DNA of 64,000 bases from Torpedo marmorata. Its lineage: Eukaryota. Below the pieces are notes generated by a model, which did no database searches, was not told where the DNA came from, and saw only the letters and a list, made by a program, of their open reading frames with translations. This document shows positions 27,035 through 37,030 of this stretch, one piece after another. The stretch lies in assembly GCA_977017645.1 (NCBI GenBank), contig OZ360223.1:67084001-67148000 (forward strand). The letters run 5' to 3'. Each line of letters opens with the position of its first letter. Position 1 is the first letter of the stretch. The position numbers were made by a program, and so were the translations under genes.

Positions 27035-28428
27035 GGGCTAAAGACCAGGAGGGCTAGCAAAGTTTGGAGATGGCTTTGGCAGACAATGCAAGGGAGAATC
27101 CAAAAAAAAGATTTTATAATATCTGAAGAACAAAAAGGTCACGAGAATAGGTCCCTTTGAGGACCAGGAGGGGTGTCTATGTATGGAAAAGATTCTGAGA
27201 GATAGAATCTATCAACATTTGCATGGCCAGGGAAAAATTAAGCAGAGCCAGCATGGATTTATGTGTGGGAAATCGTGTCTCACAACTTTGATAGAATTTT
27301 TTGAAGAGGTGACAAAAAGGTAGATGAGGGGAAAAAAGTTGATCTTCTTTATATGGATTTTAGTAAAGCATTGGAAAATATCCCATGTGGTAGATTAAGA
27401 TGGAAGGCTAGGGGACAAAGGATAAGAAGCCAACTAGATAAAAAAATTGGCTTGGTGAAAGAAGTCAAAGAGTGGTTGTAGATGGCAGTTTTTCAGACTG
27501 GAGGACTGAAACCAGTGGAGTCTCAGGGTTCGGTACTAGGACCCTTGATTTTTGTAATATACATAAATGATTTGGACAAGGATGTTTGTGGCAAGGTAAG
27601 TGAGTCTGCTGATGACATGAACATATATGTTAATGTGGACAGTGAAGAAGGTCACCTGGGTTTGCAATGGGATTTAGATCAGATGGGGAACTGAGCTACA
27701 GAGGGGCAGATGCAGTTCAAATCAGAGGTATGTGAGGTGCTGCATTTGGGTACAGTGAACCAGGGCAGGACTTACTCTGTTAGCAACAGTGCCCTGAAGA
27801 GTGTGATGGAGCAAAGTACATTGCTCTTTGAAGATGGCAGCACAGGTAGACAGAATAGTGAAGAGTGTTTGGAATGTTTGCCTACATTGATCAGGGCCTT
27901 GAATACAAGTGTTGGGACATCATGTTGAAGTTATACAAAATGTTAAACTTGTAATATTGCGTTAAGTTTTGGTCACCTAGCTATAGGAATTATAGTATAA
28001 AGTTGGAAAGGGTACCAAAATGGTTTACTAAGTTGTTGCCAGGACTGGGGATGTTGAGTTATCACGAGAGAATGGAGAGACTTGGGATTGTTTTCCATAG
28101 AGTGCAGGAGGGGAACTTTGAGGTCTGTCAAATCATGAGGGGCATAGATAAAGTGAATAGTAACTGCCTGTTTCCCAGAGTAGGAGAACCTAAGATGAGA
28201 AGGCACAACTATAAAGGTGAGGGGAGTGGGATTTAGAAGGAATGTGAAGGGACAGTTTTTCACTCAGAGGGTGGTGGGCACACCAAACAAAGTGGTAAAG
28301 GCAGATACATCAGCTTCCTTGAAGAAGCTTCCTTAATGTGGGCAAGTGGGACTCGAGCAGGAGGGCGCGTTGTTTGGCATGGACAAGCTGGGCCTGTTTC
28401 CATGCTGGAAGTCTCTATGACTCTATTC
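27035..28428 (+). mobile_element. Decayed CR1 LINE (RT and 3' end)
   Basis: QGSVLGPLIFVIYINDLD...SADD; LERV...FTKLLPGL..LSY.ER..RLG; ends CTCTATGACTCTATT. Confidence 0.88.
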
Positions 28429-28654
28429 TGCATCTCCTCTGGCAGTGGTCTTCAGACATCACCCTATCTCTGTATAAAAACCTGCCTCTCAGATCCTCTT
28501 TAAAACTCCTTTCCCTCACCTTAAATCTATCCCTTTGTTTTTGATACCCCACTATGGGAAAGAGATTGTGACTACCTCCTCTATCTGTGCCTGTTATCAT
28601 TTAAAATATCTCGATGGGGTCACTCCTCAGCATCCTTTTCTCCAGGAAATCTTC

Positions 28655-28798
28655 ATACCTTGATGAAGGGCTCAAGCCCGAAACGTCAGTTATGTATTTT
28701 TATCTTTGCTATATGAAGTACACTGTTTGACCTGCTGAGTTTCTCCAGCATCGTGTTTTTACTTCAACCACGGTGTCTGCAGACTTTCATGTTTTACT
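28655..28798 (+). mobile_element. Penelope-type tail with minimal hammerhead
   Basis: CATACC-TTGATGA-A-GGGC-TCAA-GCCC-GAAACGTC-AGTTATG. Confidence 0.8.
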
Positions 28799-29079
28799 CC
28801 TAAGAATTTGGGCCCGGAGGTTCTCTGTTCGTCAACATTCCGCAGTGCCCTACCATTTACTTTATATGTGCTACCCTATTTGACCACCCAAAATGCATTG
28901 CCTCACACTTGTTGGGATTAAATTCCATCTGCCAATGTTCCACCCAACTTCCCATCTTATATATATCCTGCTGTATCACTGGTCAACATTCCTCACTATC
29001 CACAACACCACCAGCTTCCATGTCATCTGCATGATGTACTAATAGTACCTCTGACATTCACATCCAAACTGTTAATAGA

Positions 29080-29170
29080 TATCAGTGTCTATAGGAGGTA
29101 AAATTTATAACCAATCTTTCAGGCCTGAGCCCTTCTTCAAGGTATGAGCAAAAATCACAGGTAGCCAGGA
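29080..29170 (-). mobile_element. Penelope-type tail fragment with degenerate hammerhead
   Basis: Minus strand reads GCTCATACCTTGAAGAAGGGCTCAGGCCTGAAAGATTGG. Confidence 0.6.
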
Positions 29171-29744
29171 AGGACACATGGCTGTGGAAGCAAGTCTGGG
29201 TGAGTACATGTTCGTGGAGCTTGACAGCAGCAGAGAGTGCAGAGGGGAGCCGTGAATTCAATGAGGCAGCTCACCTTGGATCCCATGAGCCACGAATCCC
29301 TTGTGATTTCAGATCACCATGGAGGGCCTCGTCAAATGAATTTTGAGTTGCAATATGTCCTCAAAATGTAATGGAGGCTGGAAACTTGCTCACTGAAATC
29401 TAAATTCAAAACATCTTCACACAAATATTCACACAAATAATAAGTTTGTCTTGGAGTAAAGAGCGCTGAAAGGAGATTTGTTAGATATTTACAAGATCTT
29501 GACAAAGGGAAGCTATTCCCTTTACCAGATGCTTCAAGGGCAAACATGCATTAGTGAAAGCCTTTGGACAAAAGGTATGAGGGGCATGACATCTTTGTTT
29601 TTTTTACCCAGAGATCATTTATAGAGGTTTTGGAAAGGCTGCTGGAAGGGAACTAGAAGGCTCTCAAAAGAGAATAATTTGGAGAGGTATAAGGAAAGGG
29701 GTATGAGGAAAGACAAGGGGAATGGGATTAATCAGATTGGTGAT

Positions 29745-31118
29745 GAAGGCTGGTGATGAAGCATATCAGATCCTGTCTGAGCGGTGACATGGATCCATTC
29801 CAGTTCGCCTATCGTGGCAACAGGTCTACGGTGGATGCCATCTCACTGGCTCTACACACAGCCCTGGAACACCTGGACAGCAAAGATGCATACATCAGGA
29901 TGCTCTTTATCAACTACAGTTTGGCATTTAACACCATCATCCCCTCAAAACTGATCAGCAAACTCCAAGACCTGGGAGTTAACACCCCACTGCGTAATTG
30001 GATCATGGATTTCCTCACCTCCATATCACAATCAGTGAAGATTGGTAAGAACTTCTCCTCCACAATCTCCATCAGTACCACAGGGCTGTGTTCTTAGTCC
30101 CCTGCTCTACTCACTTTACACCTACGATTGTGTAGCTTGGTACAACAATAACATCATCTACAAATTTGCCGACGATACCACGGTAGTGGGTTGTATAAAG
30201 GAAGGGGGTGAGTCAGCATACAGGATGGAGATTGAAAACCTGGCTGAATGGTGCAACAACAACCTTGCACTCAATGTCACCAAAACTAAGGAGTTGATTG
30301 CTGACTTCAGGAAAGGAAAGCCAGAGGTATACAATCCAATGATCATTGGGGGATCAGAGGTGGAGAGGGTGAACAAATTTAAGTTCTTGGGAGTCACTAT
30401 CTTGGAGGATCTTTCCTGGACCCAACACACCAATGGCATCATGAAGAAAGCACGTCAGCGCCTCTACTTTCTCAGGAGTTTGCAGAGGTTTGGTATGTCA
30501 CCAGAAACCCTGGCAAATTTCTACAGATGTGTGGTGGAAAGTGTGCTGACCGGCTGCATCATGGTCTGGTATGGGAACAACAATATCCCTGAGCATAAAG
30601 CCCTCCAAAAGGTAGTGGACACAGCCCAGGACATTACTGGCAAAACCCTCCCCACTATTGAGTACATCTACAGGGAACGCTGCCGTCGGAGAGCAGCAGC
30701 AATCATCAAAGACCCTCACCACCCAGCACATGCTCTGTTCTTGCTGCTGCCATCAGGGAAGAGGTATAGGTGCCACAAGACTCGCACCACCAGGTTTAGG
30801 AACAGCTGCTACCCCTCCACCATCAGAATCCTGAATGACAAAGTCAAATCAGAGACTCATTTAAGGACTCTTACTCGTGCACTTTATTGATTTTTCTTTG
30901 CTCTCTCTGTATTGCACAGTCAGTTTCATTTTCATTTTCTTGTTTCATTCGTTACCTGTTAGCAGTTCTTTTGATTGTTTACATGTTTATGCTGAGTACA
31001 ATTTACTTTTTGCACTGCCAATTAGTGGTAATTCTGCCACGCCCGCAGGAAATTAATCTCAGGGTTTTATGTGACGTTATGTATGTACTCTGACAATAAA
31101 TCTGAAATCTGAAATCTG
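29745..31118 (+). mobile_element. Rex1/Babar LINE, 5'-truncated, RT with one frameshift (~30078)
   Basis: [17 protein letters not shown]...LHTALEHLD; [15 protein letters not shown]; KFADDT; tail TGACAATAAA(TCTGAAA)n. Inserted into a CR1 3' remnant (~29560-29740). Confidence 0.93.
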
Positions 31119-31168
31119 CCTCCTTCTATGCTGTAACAATACCTTGATTTTAGAAATTATTATAAATA

Positions 31169-31375
31169 CAGTAAAACCCCTGGTATCTGGCACCTATGGG
31201 GATTGGTAGATGCCGGATAAGTGAATTTTACGGTTCCTTGAGATTACGTGTTGCATGGATTGACAACCTAACAGCGAGGCTGGCCAATTTTAAACTTCTG
31301 TATTTTTTACATATTGATTTTCTGCGATTTTTTTTTTGCAGGTTGCTTGAATTCTGGATAACACAGGTATGACTG
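31169..31375. mobile_element. Tigger/pogo-type MITE
   Basis: TA-CAGTAAAACCCCTGGTATCTGG ... CTGGATAACACAGGTATGACTG-TA (degenerate TIRs, TA TSD). Confidence 0.7.
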
Positions 31376-31489
31376 TATATATACGAGGAAATATCATATG
31401 AGGATCATATACAACTTTATAAGCAGTCAATGTAAAATACTACCTTTGATCACTATAATTTGTCTATTACCTCAAAGGAAAGTAATAAA

Positions 31490-31835
31490 ACATTGCATTT
31501 ATAGCTTTCATAATCTAAGGACATGGCAAAGCACTTTACGAGCAAAAGAAGTACTTTTAAACTGTGGTCACTGTTATAATATGGGAAACGATGAAACCAA
31601 TTCTGCACAGCAAAGTTCCACAACAGTAAGTGGATAATGATCAGATAACCTTTTTTTATTGATATTGGTTGAGGGCCAAGTGTTGGCCAGGACTCTTGGG
31701 ACAACCTTCCCTGCTCTTCTTTGACTCGTCTCATGGGAGTTTGTCTTTATGAGGCAGACTGGGCTTCTGTTACTAGACCATTATTCAATTTACCACAGTT
31801 AATGCCAACCGTTTCCACTTTTACCTCAAGTCTCT
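31490..31835 (-). mobile_element. Deu-domain SINE (SacSINE1/AmnSINE1-like)
   Basis: Reverse-strand AAAGCACTTTAC...AAGTACTTTT...GTCACTGTT...GCACAGCAAAGTTCCACA...TTGGCCAGGAC...CCCTGCTCTTCTT matches the recalled family layout. Confidence 0.7.
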
Positions 31836-32348
31836 TCTATAACATCTGATAAAAGGCATGCAAAAATACACATCTATCAATCAGTAGAGCATCTCAAACA
31901 CACAATACATTTGCAAAACATGACATGACTCTTCCAATTTTTTTTGGCTTAGACCTCCTGTCTTTATTCTCATTAAATACACTTGAAAGGTTCCCATTAC
32001 AAAAGGCACAAAAGTTATCTCTCCAATGGATGTCAAATGCAGTCCTATAAATTTTCAGGATCATGTTCCTGACCTTATAAAAAAAATAAACAGAACATTA
32101 GCCATTTTCCAATTCTCTAGTGACATGTTGTATTTAATGAGATGCAAAAAAAAGTTGGCCTTAGTTCCCTCTGTTACTTCCTCAGTATGAATATTCAAAC
32201 AACTTAGTCATATTTTCTTAATTAATACATTTTTGTTCACCAATGGCATCTCATATGCAACTATTGTATCTCTTCTCCACTTACTTAGATCAGCGCAGCT
32301 TCAATAACGCTTGAGACACCATACAGACACCGCACATGTCAATAAAAA

Positions 32349-33160
32349 AAATGGTGGCGCTGCCGGAGCTGCTTTAACAGCAGCGCTGCCGCTGGTGCAG
32401 TCCCGGGAGAGTGGAGAGCAGAGACACAGTGCTGCTCCGAAGGGTTCAATTGCTCAGTCCTAGTGTAGACTTCAAACGGCCTGTTAACTGAGCCGACAAT
32501 GTTTATAACTAAAATCCTGCAACCGCAGAGGTGTGGGGCCAAGATGGCGGTGCATGTACTCGGCAGCGGCCACGAGGGGTTGCAGACTCCGGGGCAGCAA
32601 TGGACTGGCACAAGGCACGAGGAGAACACCCCCTGTTGAGAAGGAAAAAGCAGAGGAGACGACCCTACAGGACGGTGACCACGGCGGCAGACCAGCGAAG
32701 AGCTCAGCTGCTGAAGGACCATACAGAACGGTTACCATGGCAGCGACCAGTGAGGGGCTCAGTGGCTGAGGGACCCAGACAGGCTGCGGGCTGTGTGAGA
32801 CTGGCTCATGGGAGCCAGGTATCAGAGACGGAATTCAAAAGGGTGTTGAGGGCAAGAAGGGCTCCTGAAGGGCCTTTGGCCCTGAAGGCTTCCTGATCGT
32901 GTCGGAGGTTTGGATCTGGAGGTTGGGTTGCCAATGGATCGAACAGGAGTCTGTGAAGCAGCAGGAGCCCTGGAAGAAAATCCACGGACACTCAGTGTCT
33001 TTGAAGGGATTATCTTTTGCTCCTCTCTTAATGTAAAGGGATTCCAGATGACACTAATGGCGACTATTTGTCTGCCTTATAGCAGGCCGAAGGCAATTTC
33101 ATGTAATATCACATGTTCTGTACTAGTACATGACAATAAAGGAATCTTTAATCTTGAATA
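32349..33160 (+). mobile_element. Non-autonomous GC-rich retroelement with Rex1-like tail, copy C (diverged subfamily)
   Basis: AAATGGTGGCGCTGCCGGAGC head, internal CCAAGATGGCGG, tail TGACAATAAAGGAATCTTTAATCTTGAA; colinear with 615-1466. Confidence 0.75.
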
Positions 33161-33235
33161 CAGTACACAGCAGCCTGCTTAATAGGCACCCCACTTCACC
33201 ACCAACACACAGCAGCAGCAGTTTGTAGTCTACAA

Positions 33236-33609
33236 CAGTGGTTTTCAAACTGCACCCTAAACTCACATTTCACCTTAAGCAATCCCTATGCCATAAGTGC
33301 TCTGTGATTAGTAAGGGATTGCTTAAGGTGGTATGTGAGTGGAAAGAAAAAGTTTGAAAACCACTGTTTTAATCATACCTAATTGACTCGTTATGTGCAC
33401 GGTTTCATAACTCCAAAGGAAATGGGTCAATGACAATTTTTCTCAAGCAAAATATTTCAGTAACAATTGGGTCTAGGGCAGTGGTTCTCAACCTTCCCTT
33501 CCCACTCACATACCACCTTAAGCAATCCTTTACCAATCACAGAGCACCTATGGCATAGGGATTGCTTAAGGTGGAATGTGAGTTTAGGGGGGCAGTTTGA
33601 AAACCACTG
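33236..33609. mobile_element. hAT (Charlie-like) composite MITE
   Basis: TIR CAGTGGTTTTCAAAC...GTTTGAAAACCACTG; 8-bp TSD GTCTACAA (33228-33235) / GTCTACAG (33610-33617). Inserted in an old LINE remnant (33190-33905). Confidence 0.9.
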
Positions 33610-34334
33610 GTCTACAGGATGCACTGCAGTAACTCACCAAGACTTCTAACCCACAACCTATACCAGCTGGAAGGAAAAGGGCTGCAAAAACACATGTGAA
33701 CAACACCATCTGGAAGATGGCCTCCAAGCCTCACACCGTCCTTAGAAATGTATCACCGTTCTTGGGTCAAAATCTTGGAACTCCCTCCCCAACACTGTTT
33801 CGGGTATCCTTACACCTGAAGACCTGGAGTGGTGAAAGAAGGCAGCTCACCACCACCTTCTCAAGGGCAATCAGGGATGGGCACTTACATACTGGTTCAG
33901 CCTGAAAAGCGCAAACCCCTCGAATAGGAAAAAAAAACCAGAATCGTTTGTCAACACTGTAATTGTAATAATTAGAATAAAGGCTGACATAAAGAAAATT
34001 AAGAAATTTTATAGATTTTCCATCATCTTATAAAAATGACTCCCATAACTATTCCCTGAAATTATTTTCCCTGGATAAGAAACAAATAATACTGATTAAT
34101 GGTAGCACTTCACGTTGACTGCTTATGTCAAGTGGAAAACCACAATGATTGGCTGAGTACATATTACTTAGCAATGGCAGTGTGAAAACATTAACTGAAA
34201 ATGTTTGCATTTTCTGGTGATACCATGGTTAATGGCAAGACAAATTAAAGAACATGAAAATCAATGATTGGGATGTGGCATTTTAAGAAAACATTTGAAA
34301 CAAAGAATACGAGAAACAAATAAATTATATAACA

Positions 34335-35128
34335 AATGGCTCATTAGTAACATTTGTATCAATGCATGAATGCCATGGGTTTAAGTTCCACTCCTTAAAA
34401 TTAAGCATAAAATCTAAGTTGACACTTTAACAGCGACTGCATTTCCTTAGAAAGTTGAGGAGGGCAAGGCTACCGGCCACCATTCTGTCAACTTTCTACA
34501 AGAGACCGATCAAGAGCGTCCTGGCGGGCTGCATCACAGTGTGGTAAGGTTGCTGTGGAGCATCAAATTGGAGGTAAATCCACAGGACCATAAAAGAGGC
34601 AGAGAGGATCACTGGGGTCTCCCTCTGCCCCATTGACATGATCTGCCAGGATTGTTGTTTAAAGAGGGCTCGCAAAATCTGTGAGGACCCCTACCACCCT
34701 GCACACAGCATCTTCCAGCTACTCCTATCAGGGAAGAGATACAGAAGTATTAGAGCCAGAACCATCAGGTTGAGGAACAGCTTCTTCCCACGGGCAGTGA
34801 GAATGCTGAATATCTGTTGAACTGTTCAAATAACTCTGCGTGTCTCTACTATTTACTAATAATTATTTTAATATATGTATATAGGTTCCGTGCATAGGTA
34901 TTGTTTGTCTGAATGTGTGTTATATCTATATGTTTGTTTGCTCTGTTTTGGACCGTGGACCGGAGAACACTGTTTCGTCAGGTTGTACTGATGCAATCGG
35001 ATGATAAATAGACTTGAACTTAACCTAGCACTCGGTAAGTTCTACATTGTTGGAGGTTCCAGTTTAGGATGAGTTGTTAAATGGAGGCACTCACTTAGGT
35101 GGAATTAATAGATTCCATGCCATATTTG
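34335..35128 (+). mobile_element. Deu-domain SINE 5' part, split by Rex1 (pieces 34335-34428 and 35023-35128)
   Basis: GGGTTTAAGTTCCACTCC...AAAATCTAAGTTGACACT then ATTGTTGGAGGTTCCAGTTTAGGATGAGTTGTTAAA...TAGGTGGA...AGATTCCATG. Confidence 0.65.
34428..35022 (+). mobile_element. Rex1/Babar 3' fragment
   Basis: CLKRARKICEDPYHPAHSIFQLLLSGKRYRSIRARTIRLRNSFFPRAVRMLN; tail GACTTGAACTT. Confidence 0.88.
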
Positions 35129-35282
35129 GCATGGTGCCAAGAAACCAACCTCTCTTCCAACATCAGTAAGACAAAGGAGATGATCATCAGGAGAGGGAGC
35201 AGAGACGACAAACCTGTCCACATTAATGGAGCTGAAGTGGAAAGATTAGATAGCTTCAGGTTCTTTGGAATAAATGCTACTA
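35128..35282 (+). mobile_element. Rex1-type RT fragment
   Basis: AWCQETNLSSNISKTKEMII...VHINGAEVERLDSFRFFGI. Confidence 0.75.
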
Positions 35283-35388
35283 GGTATTTTGTGACAAATG
35301 AACAAACAAAATATTCGGGGGGGGGTGGGGGTGGGATTTTCTGATTAAAATACTGTGTGTGTATGTGTATCTATCTATCTATATATAT

Positions 35389-36202
35389 ATTCAAGATTCA
35401 AGATTCAATTTATTGTCATAGTAATAAGACAGTGCCATATACCACAAAATTTCTTTTTGCCTGCTGCAAGGCAAACAGATTCGCCATCGGCAGAAATTGC
35501 CTAAGCGCCTCTAACATTCCTTACAGTCAGAGAAAGAGAAGCAAAAGAGATTCCCCCAGAGTCACCGAGTGTCCATTGATTTGCCTCCAGCGCTTCCGCA
35601 GCCACACAGAGTCCAGTCCAAACGATCGGCATTCCGAGCTCCAGATCCGAACCTCCAACACGGTCAGGTCGCCCTCGGCACCCCCTCACATCCCGGTTCC
35701 GATACCTGGTACTCCTCCAGCCAGTTCGAGCCAACCTCCAGCAGTCCGCAGCCCGTCGTGAGTCCCCCGACAACAGTCTCCAGCAGCCCACAGCCTCCGC
35801 GGGTTCCTCGCCTCGAGTCACCAGCAGCCCGCCACATGCACTGGTCCTTCAGCCTCAGAGCCCCTCACCGGTCTGCCGCTGTGCTCACCGTCCTCCGTTT
35901 CTCCTTCTCAGTCGGGGGTGATCTTCCCGTCCACTGGTGCCCTGCTCCAGTCCCCCGCTTCCCCGGAGTCTGCAGCCCCTCGTGGCTGCTGCCGATTAAT
36001 AGGTGCTGCCATCTTGGGTGCAGACCCCGCGGTCGCGGAATCTCAAATAAAACCACCATCGTCTCCTTTAACGGGCCATTCAAAGCCCGTGCGGAACCGA
36101 CGGCAGTCGACTGGACGGCTGGACCCCGCAGGAGCGCTGTATCTCCGCTCCCACGCTCCCCGCGGGGTCCGCTACAGCGGCTCCAGCAGCGCCGCCATCT
36201 TC
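35389..36202 (-). mobile_element. Non-autonomous GC-rich retroelement with Rex1-like tail, copy B
   Basis: Reverse complement of 615-1466. 5' end GAAGATGGCGGCGC on the minus strand; 3' tail abuts (TA)n. Confidence 0.85.
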
Positions 36203-36337
36203 AAAATTAAATATTTATATATATATAAACATATACAACATATATATATGTGTGTGTTTATATATACCGTATGTGTGTGTGTGTATAATTTGACTCACAT
36301 ACCAGACCCCTTACTATATAACCGAGGTATCCCTTAC

Positions 36338-36405
36338 AGCAACTACCCCTGAAGAGTGGAAAGATCCACGAAACAAGCTTGTCGGGCACATGTGAGTAGT
36401 GTGCT
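36338..36405 (+). ncRNA. Type I hammerhead ribozyme, copy 1
   Basis: CCC-CTGAAGA(36349-55)-GTGGA-AAGA-TCCAC-GAAA-C-AAGCTT-GTC^GGG. All core nucleotides are canonical; predicted cleavage after C36383. Stem I is extended by ACTA/TAGT and AGCA/TGCT. Confidence 0.9.
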
Positions 36406-36481
36406 TTTCTGTTTACTTATTTATTTAGCTCCACATTACGTGTTGAGCACTATTTTATAGTGAAGATCAACCTTACCTAAA

Positions 36482-36517
<36 letters not shown>

Positions 36518-36551
36518 GTAAACAGAAAAGCACACTACTCACATGTGTTAC

Positions 36552-36619
36552 AGCAACTACCCCTGAAGAGTGGAAAGATCCACGAAACAAGCTTGTCGGG
36601 CACATGTGAGTAGTGTGCT
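36552..36619 (+). ncRNA. Type I hammerhead ribozyme, copy 2
   Basis: Identical to copy 1; core CTGAAGA at 36563-36569, predicted cleavage after C36597. Confidence 0.9.
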
Positions 36620-36844
36620 TTTCTGTTTACTTATTTATTTAGCTCCACATTACGTGTTGAGCACTATTTTATAGTGAAGATCAACCTTACCTAAACTCTA
36701 TATATATATATATATATACCGTATATTTCGGCGTATAAGTCGACCCTTGATACCCTCAAAAATGTCTCAAAAAACGGGGGTCGACTTATATGCCGGATAT
36801 ACTTTTGAGACCTTAAATTCAGCTCAAAATCGAGTTCACGCCGA

Positions 36845-36968
36845 TCCGGCGTATAAGTCGACCCCTGAAAACACGATTCGGCGTATAAGTCGACCCCTGA
36901 AAACACGATTCGGCGTATAAGTCGACCCCTGAAAACACGATTCGGCGTATAAGTCGACCCCTGAAAAA
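36845..36968. repeat. 31-bp subterminal tandem repeat (about 4 units) of the pogo element
   Basis: CGGCGTATAAGTCGACCCCTGAAAACACGAT repeated; contains the TIR core. Confidence 0.9.
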
Positions 36969-37030
36969 CCAAAAAAATACCCGACTGCAACAAATTTTCA
37001 TTGACATTTTAATTGAAAACAACAAGACAT

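Larger units (their letters stand above)
26850..29075 (-). mobile_element. Old CR1 (minus strand) hosting nested insertions
   Basis: Reverse CR1 3' end at 26870-27030 resumes at ~28430 (minus ORF NLFPIVG...FKVRERSFKEDLRGRF) and again at ~28820-29075. Confidence 0.65.
36290..36718 (+). mobile_element. Tandem hammerhead-bearing repeat (retrozyme or Penelope pLTR-like) in (TA)n
   Basis: Identical 151-bp direct repeats at 36334-36484 and 36548-36698, each followed by (TA)n. A 37-bp inverted piece at 36511-36547 is the reverse complement of 36387-36423. Confidence 0.85.
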
